Assembly (NCBI GenBank): GCA_048128005.1
Contig: JBEUKZ010000054.1
Location: 620,001 to 684,000, forward strand
DNA from: Veleropilina oligotropha
Lineage: Eukaryota
Reading direction: 5' to 3'
DNA: 64,000 nt
A program made the position numbers and the translations under genes. Shown in pieces: positions 48,368-57,800 of this stretch (position 1 is the stretch's first letter; the number at the start of each line of letters is the position of its first letter). Under the pieces are notes generated by a model that searched no databases, was not told the origin of the DNA, and was given only the letters and a program-made list of their open reading frames with translations.

Positions 48368-49673
48368 CCCACTGTCTAGCGGCAATAAGAAGCAAGCCCC
48401 CAACTGATATGACCAGTGCCCATAGGTTTTCAGCGAGCCACGATGCTGTCTTGCCAATCAGGTTGATTAGCCAGGAGACCAGGCTTCCAAGTATTCCTGG
48501 GAGCGCGGCTGCGGCCTTCCCTGCTAGTTTGCCTAGAATCCTTCCCAGGTTCTGCAGCTGCTTTTTGACCCACTCCTTGACCCCGCCCTGACCACTGGGA
48601 GGTGGTGGTGGCGTTGGCGGGCTCGGCGCTCCACCTGTCAGGGCTAGTACCAAAGTCGAGATGGCGAGCCCGATAGCGGTCAGTATTGTTGCGATCGTGA
48701 CCCCTTGCTCGCGGAACAGGGTCCGGATACGCTCGGCCAGCGTTGTGTCGGTGTTCAGGATCCGACTTATCATCTCTCGGATCCGGCTGATTTGAGAGCG
48801 AAGGGCCTCCCGGCTTGATGATGCTGCCTCTAGGCGAGCTGCTCTTTCATCATTCAGGTCGCGCAGACGTTCCGCGATCCGTCGACGGATGAACTCATCC
48901 ACACCGCCCTCTTCATCTGCCTGATCGAGCTTCATCTTCTCCAGCTCTATGTGTTCGTCCAGCGCCGTTAGTTTGGCTAGATTGTTGGTTAGTTCGCCTC
49001 GGATGGTCTGCATCGCCTTGTCAAGTCCGCGAAGCTCGCGAAGATTTAATGGAGGGTCCCCCATTGTGCCTAAGATCTCTTCAACCTCGGCATCAGTGAA
49101 TTTCGTCTCCATCGTGTGGATTGCTACCGAGGCATCAGTAGCAGTCTGCCCCAAGTCCCGCAGTTCTATGTTTTCGACATTAGCGGCCGCACCGCTCAAC
49201 TCGTTGTCGGCTGTCTGAAGAACTGCAACCGCTTTTGAGGCCAGCTTTTTTTCCCCCCGCGTCCAGTGTACAAAACCCAACCCTTCACGGATTGCATCAC
49301 CCCCACCAGGCCGGCCAGCTATTGTTGACAACGCCAAGGGGTTGCCGGTGCGAGAATTTATGAGATTGATGTCGGGGTAGTCCGTCATCACCAATTTTCC
49401 ACCCCGCCCTAATTTTCCCCTCACATACTTGAATTTTGAATAATCTCGCCCTGCGGCTGGGGTCTGCCCCTCCTGTGCCAGGGCTTTGTAGTAGTCGTCA
49501 ACCACGCCCTGAACGAGCTCTTGCTGAAGACTGCTGGTTCCTTCCTGTGGCCGTTCCGAAAGAACAGGCATAAACCGGTCGGTGGATAGATCCACATCAG
49601 TATCGTCGATGATGGTATCATCGTTGTCGATGAGATCGTCCGGCTCGAATGCGGGGTTATCGAATTCCGCCAT
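48360..49673 (-). CDS. Hypothetical 437-aa coiled-coil membrane protein
   Basis: Acidic N-terminus, long heptad region, TM helix, poly-Pro hinge, amphipathic/TM C-terminus. Confidence 0.8.
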   Translation of the reverse strand: MAEFDNPAFEPDDLIDNDDTIIDDTDVDLSTDRFMPVLSERPQEGTSSLQQELVQGVVDDYYKALAQEGQTPAAGRDYSKFKYVRGKLGRGGKLVMTDYPDINLINSRTGNPLALSTIAGRPGGGDAIREGLGFVHWTRGEKKLASKAVAVLQTADNELSGAAANVENIELRDLGQTATDASVAIHTMETKFTDAEVEEILGTMGDPPLNLRELRGLDKAMQTIRGELTNNLAKLTALDEHIELEKMKLDQADEEGGVDEFIRRRIAERLRDLNDERAARLEAASSSREALRSQISRIREMISRILNTDTTLAERIRTLFREQGVTIATILTAIGLAISTLVLALTGGAPSPPTPPPPPSGQGGVKEWVKKQLQNLGRILGKLAGKAAAALPGILGSLVSWLINLIGKTASWLAENLWALVISVGGLLLIAARQWVT

Positions 49674-49709
49674 TTGAATACATCAGTGGGATACGCATCT
49701 AATTCAGCC

Positions 49710-51011
49710 ATGACTAGCGTATACGGACGCAAGCTTAATCCATACCGCAGGCTGCGTGAGCCCCTCGCAGTCAAGGGCATCCGCCAGTCGGTCACGATTA
49801 CAAACAATCCATCAACGATTGCCCCGAACCAGCAGCTCCTGGTTCGGTTCCCTAATCTCGGGGCGAATGACGTGATCGTTCCAGGGACTGCCCACCTTGC
49901 ATTTACCATCTCTCTGACCTCGGTAAATGCGAATAGGACTGTAGTGCAAAATATCGGCCGTGCCGTGATCAGAAAGACCACGATAAAGATAAGTGGAAAC
50001 GAGATCATGTCGATTGACGACTCCGACGTGTACCACTGCTACCGCGATCTCTGGAAGACCACCGGGGAGCGCAAGAACGCCCAGTACCAGGGGATTGATA
50101 CCAGCGATGGGCACAACACTACGAAGCATCGTGTTGGCGCGGCAGACGCCTTTAGACTGTCTGAGGATGTCGCGGTCGCGGCCGCTTACGGTAACCGATT
50201 CCGCATCCCGCTGGATTTCGAGCTGTTGGAAAGTCACATGCCATTCTATCAAAGCGCCCTTGGAGACCGTCTCGAGTATGAGCTAACGTTCAACGACTAC
50301 TCCCGGACTATCCGGGAGACGGACGACTCCGGTTCCAGCTATTCCATCGACAATATATCCCTCGAATATGACATGGTAACCCAATCCGAGCTTGCCAGAC
50401 GGATTCGAAATCAATACCAGGGTCAACTCGTAATCCTGTACGACCGTGTTCTCCGGCATCGGAAGCTCACCCTAGACAAGAGCGACTCGTTGTGGAATAT
50501 GAATGTGAACGTACCGGCGAGGTCGATGAAAGGAATACTACTGTTGTTCGAGGACCCTGCGAGAGACGCCGCGCCATTCTCTCGCGATACTGAGGCCTTC
50601 TATAATCCGAAGATCACAAAGGTCGAGGTCACAATCGAGGGTGTCCCGAATCAAATCTACAGCCAGGGAATGCGAACATACCAGATCTGGGAAGAAGCCA
50701 AGAAAATGTTCGCCTCCGGCTGCAGCAAGCGGCATCCTGAGGTCGCGATGGTCGCAAAGGACTTGGAGATGGCAGACGTCACCCTGGGCGAATTTCTGAC
50801 TAAGAAATTTGCGCTCTGGATCGATATGCGGGTAACTGACGACGATCAGTTGCACGGGTCAGGCCGGAGGGTCGAGAACGCCAGCGAAGGCATTACTATT
50901 CAGATCACTAAAACAGCCGAAGCGGCCGGTCCACTGAACGTCTACGAGTTCGTGATCATGGACGCACAGCTGAATATCGAGAATGGCCGATTCGTCGAAG
51001 CACTGTACTAA
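49710..51011 (+). CDS. Putative major capsid protein (double jelly roll), ~433 aa
   Basis: Size, beta-strand periodicity (LLVRFP, LAFTISL, FRIPLDF, LEYELTFN, ISLEYD) and position directly upstream of the packaging ATPase; first ATG at 49710. Confidence 0.75.
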   Translation: MTSVYGRKLNPYRRLREPLAVKGIRQSVTITNNPSTIAPNQQLLVRFPNLGANDVIVPGTAHLAFTISLTSVNANRTVVQNIGRAVIRKTTIKISGNEIMSIDDSDVYHCYRDLWKTTGERKNAQYQGIDTSDGHNTTKHRVGAADAFRLSEDVAVAAAYGNRFRIPLDFELLESHMPFYQSALGDRLEYELTFNDYSRTIRETDDSGSSYSIDNISLEYDMVTQSELARRIRNQYQGQLVILYDRVLRHRKLTLDKSDSLWNMNVNVPARSMKGILLLFEDPARDAAPFSRDTEAFYNPKITKVEVTIEGVPNQIYSQGMRTYQIWEEAKKMFASGCSKRHPEVAMVAKDLEMADVTLGEFLTKKFALWIDMRVTDDDQLHGSGRRVENASEGITIQITKTAEAAGPLNVYEFVIMDAQLNIENGRFVEALY

Positions 51012-51615
51012 ACGATTTCCGCACACCAAGGACCCCCACTCCGCAATCATCTGCGGCCAGACGGGCTGTGGGAAGACGGTTTTCATGCTTGAACTGCTGG
51101 AGGGGGAGTATCGAGGCGTCTTCCGGCATATCGTGGTCCTCTGCCCCACGATCAAGTACAACAAAGCATACCAGTCTTGTCCGTGGATCTGGACCGACCC
51201 TGAGGTGTATTTAGTCCCCCCGGGTGAGCGACTCCATGACTGGCTGCGGGGGTTCTACCGACTGTTTCAGGGGGAATCAACTTTATATATCATCGACGAC
51301 TGCGCCGCGAGCAAGGCTATGGCAAAGAGGAGGGACATGCTGACTTTGTTGGCCTTCAGCGGCAGGCATGCTTCCCAGAGCGTATGGGTAGTGACGCAAA
51401 AGTACAACTCGGTCTTGAAGGAGCTCAGAGAGCAGACCCGCTGGGTCGCGCTGTTCCATTGCAAGGACCGCGACAGTTTCGAGGACTGTCTGCGCGAGAA
51501 CGATGTAATCCCGTCGCAGGATGAACGGACCGCGGTTCGCCGGCTGTTGACCGAGACACGACACGCTAAGCTTCTGTTGAAAACTGATCAGCCCGTTGCT
51601 TATAGTGTGCTGTAG
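50983..51615 (+). CDS. A32/FtsK-HerA-type DNA packaging ATPase
   Basis: Walker A GQTGCGKT, Walker B YIIDD, SGRH arginine motif, VTQKY. Confidence 0.92.
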   Translation: MADSSKHCTKRFPHTKDPHSAIICGQTGCGKTVFMLELLEGEYRGVFRHIVVLCPTIKYNKAYQSCPWIWTDPEVYLVPPGERLHDWLRGFYRLFQGESTLYIIDDCAASKAMAKRRDMLTLLAFSGRHASQSVWVVTQKYNSVLKELREQTRWVALFHCKDRDSFEDCLRENDVIPSQDERTAVRRLLTETRHAKLLLKTDQPVAYSVL

Positions 51616-51676
51616 CAAGCTGTAGTCTACTGAGCATCTACCCAGCATCTGCCTAGCATCTACAGCACTACCTAGC

Positions 51677-52432
51677 ATGTCGGACGCTGTATATCTAGCT
51701 TTTGCTTTCAGCCAGAGCCTGATCTTGCTCCTACTCGCTACATTGTGGTATTGGATTTACAGTTATATTAGACCGGTGAGGCGATGCTGGAAACGCTTCA
51801 GGATGGACAGCCTCATCGATCAACTCATGGATGACGAACAAGAAACGACCATCAACAGCTGTCGCTTGACTCCCGATGGCAAGGAACCTGTCAGTAACAG
51901 TGGAGTCGCAAGTTCCGTTTGCGCGGCAAAGCGTGAGAGGCTTGCAGCCTTAGCCGTTGGAGGACAGGCCCACCGATACATGGGGCGTAACCTCACAGTG
52001 GACCGGATAGACGACATGACTGACGACGAGGTCGAAAAGCACCACGCGAGGTATGAAGCGAAACTCGGTGCCGATGTGACGAAGACTCTGGGGACTTCAG
52101 CTATTCATCTCTACGCGGGGGCAGCTGGGACGTTCCTGCCCATTCCACCAGCAAACCAGCTACGACTGATCGCCGACCTGGAGGCCGACCCATTCATCTC
52201 ACATGCCCTGACCACTGCAAGCTGTGAGCTGTATTATAAATATGGCATGTACCTCGCACCGCTGACCGCAGCGTTGACCACGGCTAAGCACTGCCAATTT
52301 GGACATGTTTGCCCGCCTAAGATACCAGATCAAGATGACAACGCCGGAAGTGGACCAAGTGATCGAGAGACAGCCGATCGAGAGCCAGCCGATAGAGAGG
52401 GTGACTTCTTCGACGGACTCATCTTTGAGTAA
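51677..52432 (+). CDS. Hypothetical protein, 251 aa, hydrophobic N-terminus
   Basis: ATG ORF in the co-oriented cluster. Confidence 0.65.
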   Translation: MSDAVYLAFAFSQSLILLLLATLWYWIYSYIRPVRRCWKRFRMDSLIDQLMDDEQETTINSCRLTPDGKEPVSNSGVASSVCAAKRERLAALAVGGQAHRYMGRNLTVDRIDDMTDDEVEKHHARYEAKLGADVTKTLGTSAIHLYAGAAGTFLPIPPANQLRLIADLEADPFISHALTTASCELYYKYGMYLAPLTAALTTAKHCQFGHVCPPKIPDQDDNAGSGPSDRETADREPADREGDFFDGLIFE

Positions 52433-52826
52433 AAAGGACCCGAAAAAAGTGGCTGCAGGTCGGGCCGGCGCTGCTGCTCGAAAAGCCAAGCAGGAGAAGC
52501 TACTGGCCGCGGTTCGAAAAATGAAAGAAGACCTGAGTGCCCCAACAAGTGTTGTCGTTCCATCAGAACAGCCCGGGGAGGCGGTTCCAGCCGCAGAAAG
52601 ACCGCGTGCGCCAGATACACAGAAATCGGACCAATTTAATTGGACCCAGGTAGCCGTCGCTGCCGGTACGGTTGCGTTGGTATTTGTTGTCTGGAAGACG
52701 TCCTCAGAACGCAGCAACCCTGGTCCATCCACACCACATCAACAGCCACCAGACGCGGACGCTCGGTGCTCTCGGGCCGCCCCCACTATCGAATTGAAGA
52801 AGCAGAACCCTTTTCATATGCAATAG
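52335..52826 (+). CDS. Hypothetical basic protein with one TM helix
   Basis: Likely start MTTPEV; KKDPKKVAAGRAGA basic motif; VAVAAGTVALVFVVW helix. Confidence 0.6.
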   Translation: MTTPEVDQVIERQPIESQPIERVTSSTDSSLSKKDPKKVAAGRAGAAARKAKQEKLLAAVRKMKEDLSAPTSVVVPSEQPGEAVPAAERPRAPDTQKSDQFNWTQVAVAAGTVALVFVVWKTSSERSNPGPSTPHQQPPDADARCSRAAPTIELKKQNPFHMQ

Positions 52827-52851
52827 TCGCAAACGGTACTAATCAACAGTT

Positions 52852-53091
52852 ATGACTACCCCAATCACTGATGGAAAGATGCTCGGCAACGCTGTATACC
52901 ACGCCGCTATAGTGTCAGGCCTCGCCATAGGCTACGCACGCCTGACAAAGATGGTATTCAAGGGAGCGAGCCCCAAACTGGACTTCACGGGGTACGATGT
53001 CGGGATGGTCGTCCTCGACGTATCGCTCGCCATGGCGACGAAAGACATGCTGATCAAGCAAGGCATCATTCCGGCCGATATATTGAAGTAG
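52852..53091 (+). CDS. Small hydrophobic protein (79 aa)
   Basis: ATG ORF with two hydrophobic segments, tightly packed in the cluster. Confidence 0.65.
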   Translation: MTTPITDGKMLGNAVYHAAIVSGLAIGYARLTKMVFKGASPKLDFTGYDVGMVVLDVSLAMATKDMLIKQGIIPADILK

Positions 53092-53122
53092 TGGGACCTT
53101 GCTAGATAATCGCAGCATTTCA

Positions 53123-53551
53123 ATGGCTTCCATTGCGATGCTGGTTGGGGGCGCTCTCGTCAACGCCCTCGCCTTCAGCGGCTCCAACTTCCTCTTCTCG
53201 AAGCTACGCAGCTCCGGTGTCGATGCGGAGCGTAAACGCCACGACATTGCTGTAGAACAGCTCAACGCTGCTCAGACTAAATGGTCACAACAGAGGGCAG
53301 AGCGTCTCGACTGGCTGAACGTTGAACTTCGCCGCCAGGGTCATGCCGTTGGCACATTCCGGGATGTTGACGCCGCGATCCGTGAGTATGCATTGATCAC
53401 CGGCAAGAACCTTGACCCCGACCTGGGGGGTGGCCCTGAGCCCGCCCTGTCTGACTACTACACACCGAGCGATGCCCAGAAGGGACGTGAGATCACCTTC
53501 ATCATCCTCGGGATGGCTGCGACCGGGTTGGTCGCCTACAAGCTCGCCTAA
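53123..53551 (+). CDS. Small membrane protein with N- and C-terminal hydrophobic helices
   Basis: MASIAMLVGGALVNALAFSGSNFLF ... ITFIILGMAATGLVAYKLA. Confidence 0.7.
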   Translation: MASIAMLVGGALVNALAFSGSNFLFSKLRSSGVDAERKRHDIAVEQLNAAQTKWSQQRAERLDWLNVELRRQGHAVGTFRDVDAAIREYALITGKNLDPDLGGGPEPALSDYYTPSDAQKGREITFIILGMAATGLVAYKLA

Positions 53552-53806
53552 TTATTTCCAGTGGACATTTTTTTCGTGTGCCAGGTATAATAATGGGGCT
53601 CCCAGAAGAGCTGTACTGCGCTATGCTTGCGGTCGGCTATAGTACTACGTTACTCGACTGCTGGCGCCGCGACGAAAAGACTATGGTGCGGTTCGCGGTC
53701 CTGGTGCTCTCGGGCCCGACCAACCTACGGGCGACCACTGCGCAGCGACCGGCTCCGGAAGCTGAAGCCTGTTGGAGACTGATCAGTTTACTGGAATACA
53801 TTGCTG

Positions 53807-54805
53807 ATGGATAGTAAGCTTGCGAGGATGTACTACAGCCCTAAGGGCTACTGGAAAGGCATTGCCGCGATAAAGAAACTAGCTGACGCTGCCAAGGCGT
53901 CTGAAGTGGAGGCCCGGACATGGCTTAAGAGGCAGGCTATATGGCAGATCTATTTACCTGCGCCACGGCGGATTCCAAGACCAAAATTCGACGTCGTAAC
54001 GCCAAACGAGGTTCACCAAGCCGACCTCCTGTTTCTCCCCCATGACAAGGTCAGACACAAGACCTATAAGTACGCTTTGACTGTGGTTGATGTGGCCAGT
54101 CGCTTTAAAGAGGCTGAGCCTCTGGTCACAAAAGAGGCCAAAGGGGTTGCTGAAGCTCTGTCTCGAATCTACAGGCGGAGTCCTCTTAGCTGGCCGAAAT
54201 TGCTTCAAGTCGATCCAGGGCGAGAGTTTATGGGCGCGGTTTCCCAGCTGCTGGCAAAGAATAACGTCGAGGTTAGGCGTGGCCGTGTGGATATCCATCG
54301 CGATCAGGGCATTGTGGAGCGCTTCAACCGGACGCTCGCTGAGCGGCTCTTCGGGCACCAGTATGCAACAGAGATGCGGTTTGCAGAGTCTGCGAAAGAG
54401 GGTCAAAGGTCAACTGAGTGGGTCGCCCGGTTAGCAGCTGTAGTTGCGGCGTTGAATGGGGAAGTGACCAGGCTGACCGGTAAAAAGCCCAAGGACGCCA
54501 TCAAGGCACCTCGCGTTGCACAAAAGCCAGGCGCCACTGTTCCAGGCCGACAGGGGAAGGAACAGAAACTCCCCTCTGACGTAGATGTTCGCTACCTTTA
54601 CTACGATGGTGAGCTGGAGGGGGGTCATCGCCGTGCTACTGACCCGGTGTGGTCTCTAAAAGTTTACAGGCTTGGATGCTCCGTCACTAAGCCTGACGAG
54701 CCTGTGCTCTACTACTTGCTGGATGGACCACCGCGTGGCTTCGTTCGTGAGGAACTTCTCGTGGTGCCTCGTGATACCCAGCTGCCGCCGGTTCTCAGGC
54801 GTTAA
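53807..54805 (+). CDS. Retroviral-type (rve, DDE) integrase
   Basis: HQADL...LTVVDVASRF...LQVDPGREF...QGIVERFNRTL; Polinton-like C-terminal domain; uninterrupted. Confidence 0.95.
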   Translation: MDSKLARMYYSPKGYWKGIAAIKKLADAAKASEVEARTWLKRQAIWQIYLPAPRRIPRPKFDVVTPNEVHQADLLFLPHDKVRHKTYKYALTVVDVASRFKEAEPLVTKEAKGVAEALSRIYRRSPLSWPKLLQVDPGREFMGAVSQLLAKNNVEVRRGRVDIHRDQGIVERFNRTLAERLFGHQYATEMRFAESAKEGQRSTEWVARLAAVVAALNGEVTRLTGKKPKDAIKAPRVAQKPGATVPGRQGKEQKLPSDVDVRYLYYDGELEGGHRRATDPVWSLKVYRLGCSVTKPDEPVLYYLLDGPPRGFVREELLVVPRDTQLPPVLRR

Positions 54806-57800
54806 CAACCGCAAATCCTCGTTTCCGGTTACATTCCAGACACGTTAAGCGCACGTTGTCGCGGGTGTGGCCCCTGCTGTTGTCCACACGGTCGACACTG
54901 AACTGCTGTGTGTCCTTCGGGGAATATGCCCAGAGCAGCTCTATGTTGCATGCTGCGCAGCGGTTGTTTTGGGCCTCTCTGAGCCGCAGGATGTCGTCGA
55001 CCTTGAGGTTAAACCCCGGGAGTCCCGTTGCCTGGTCCTGGCGTTTGTACGCCACAAGCTTTTTCTGGATGGTCTTTCGGAGCTGTTGCTCGGTTTGGGG
55101 GGGCCTGTCCTCAGAACCCTCATCCGGTGGACAGGTTACCCGTTCGAGCTGACGCAGCAGCTCCACCCGGGACACGGCTAGGTAGGCGAGATTACTCCAC
55201 TGAAGGTAGTCGTCGATGATCCAGACTTTCTGTGGGTCGTGAATCGTAAGACCCTGGCTCGAATGGATGGTCAGGGCATAGCCCAGGCGCCAATCCGGGG
55301 TCAGGATAGCCCGCTCAGCGGCCTCAATGGTGACCTCGACGACGTCGTTCAGAACTAGCTCCTCTCTGTCGCTGGTGCCCGGAATGGTTACCATGATGTT
55401 CTGTTTTCTGCTGTCCCTGGGGTGGTACAGGATAGGCACCATGGAGTCTGGGAAGTGCTCCTTGTGCCTCTGGAGCAACAGCTCTTGAGCCCGTTCGCGG
55501 ACCTTCTGACGGCTTGTGAGGATTAGGTCGCCTGGCTTCCAGGTGTTGACGAACCGGTCCCATCCGAGGCAGCTGGGGAGGGTCCGTCGCATCTCGTCGC
55601 ACTGGACTTTGTCGGGCTGGAGACGGATACGTCTTTTCAGGGCTTGGAGGGCAGGGTCGTCTTTCGCCCTGTAGTCTACTTCGATCTCTTCATAGTAGTC
55701 CGCGGTCTTTCGCAGCCAATCGTGCGGCATCTCGCCCGTAATCGGTGGTGGCTGGCCTTGATCACCACAGCAGATAACCTGCACTTCGTGGCGGCCCAGC
55801 CAGTCCAAGAACATCTCTAGAATAGCCCGGGGAACAGTACAGACCTCGTCCCAGATAATGACGCGCGGGATGAACTTCTGACCCATGCGATCAGGCGTCC
55901 AGTCGTTCTGGCCGCTCCATCGGAAGAAGCTGTGGTAGGTCTGGGCTTTGACGCCTCTGGTCCGCATCTCTTTAGCGAGGCGGTGGGTTGGTGTGAACAC
56001 GACGGGATTCCTTGCCCGGAAGAGCTCGATCGCTCTCGTAGTCTTGCCACAGCCCCCTCCACCGTTGAGGTAACTCAGGCGATGGTGGGTCAGTGTGTCA
56101 TTGTAGCATGGCGCGGTGCTCGGCTGGCTGGAATTGGCGGCACAACAATACTCTGGCTTGGGTAGGTATGCGGCATGTTCCTGTGGCATATACAGCTGTT
56201 CGCCCTTGTCACGCCACTGGGCTGGTGCTACTGGCGGAAGGTACGGCTCCGCGATCAGACATGAGATGCACGATTGGCTGCGACAGCCGCAGAGTCTGGG
56301 GGCAACGTACACCGTGACATCGTCGAGCTTCTCCAACGAGGCCTTCTTGAGGTAGATGCTGTCCGTGGCTACCCGGACGGCTTCTGCTGCACTGAAACGC
56401 TTCAGCATGCTCAAGAGGTTTATGTGTGCATAGGCCAACATGGATGCCCTCAGGTGGGCGTACTGAGGCTGGGAGCCATCATAGTACGTGAGGATGTGAC
56501 CGAGGGGGCATCTCTGAGGAGCGCCAACCAGGGTGCCGCTTTGGCGGGTGTCTCTTACGAGGAAGTCGAGCTCACCCTGGTCGGTCACCAGTCTACGAGT
56601 CAATCTTTTGCCATCGGCTTTGGCGCCTTGGGTGAATTTGTCGATAATGCTGCAGCCCTGGTCACGATTCTCCGGAAGCCAGACATCGGTCTGGTTTTTG
56701 AACGCGATGATGGCCTCTCGGATCTTGAGGCTTTTTAGCAGTCCAGAGTCTACGAGGAAGGCGAGCAGCGGGGTGGGTGCCCATCCATTCTCTGCAAAGT
56801 GCTTTCCGAACCATGCTACAATGACGGGGTGGATGTCTTGTGCGAACTCCCATTCCACGACCTCGGCAAACCCGGTACCGATTTCTCGGGGTAGAGGACC
56901 GTTAATTGCGACCCGGGTCATGCTGTGGAGTGGGTGTCCGAATCTTTCGAAATAGGGCTTAGCCTCGCCCTTCCCCAGAAAGCTGGCAGGGTAGCAGGCT
57001 TTCATATCGATGCAGCAGACATCGCCCGTGTCGTAATTCATGGAATTCCAGAGACCGCCGTGGCCATGCTCTACACAGGCCTTCTGGATGTCATCGAGCA
57101 GGCTCGCCGGGGTGGGTTTCCAGCCGTTGGTCTCTTTAGCCATAATGCTAGCTGCATGGTTCACGCCAAAGGCTCGATCGGCTAGGGACTCGTTTCCCAG
57201 CGCTGTACAGGCTTCTTGGAGTATCTCGTGAGTCTCTTTTGTCCTGTACGTGCGGCCGTCCTGAAGCACGAACTGGTCCACGCCGAGCTGTCGGTCTTTA
57301 CCACCTAGGAGCCAGACAGCCAATGGCTCGTTCTGTGTGGCTTGTCGGATAGCTTCCCAGACATCGCCCTCATACAGGTGGACCTCGCGAGACTGCGGGA
57401 AGTGTAGGTCCTTCGACCAGGCGTGGCCGTTGTGACAGATGAGTTCTATGGACTTCCACATACTGGCCTGGTATTTCCCACTGTTGTAGATGTCGGCACC
57501 TGCAATGTCTCTCAAGGTGATCGCCCGTTTGAGGATCTTCTCGAGGGTAGCTATATCATCCACAGTGGCGCCTGTTACATGGACTCGCTCTTCCCACTCC
57601 AGTATTTTCTGCCGCCTTGTCTGGGTGAGTCCGTGTCCTCTAAGGGCACCTTCGAAGTGCTCAACCACTCGTTGGGCAACGCAGTTGAGGTCGCCGTTCT
57701 TCATCGGAACCAGGTTGGCGGGGTTTGGTTCTCTGAGAGGATAGACGCCGTAGACGACTGCAGTGACCGGGTAGGCATTCTCGTAGTAGACCTTGTCGAC

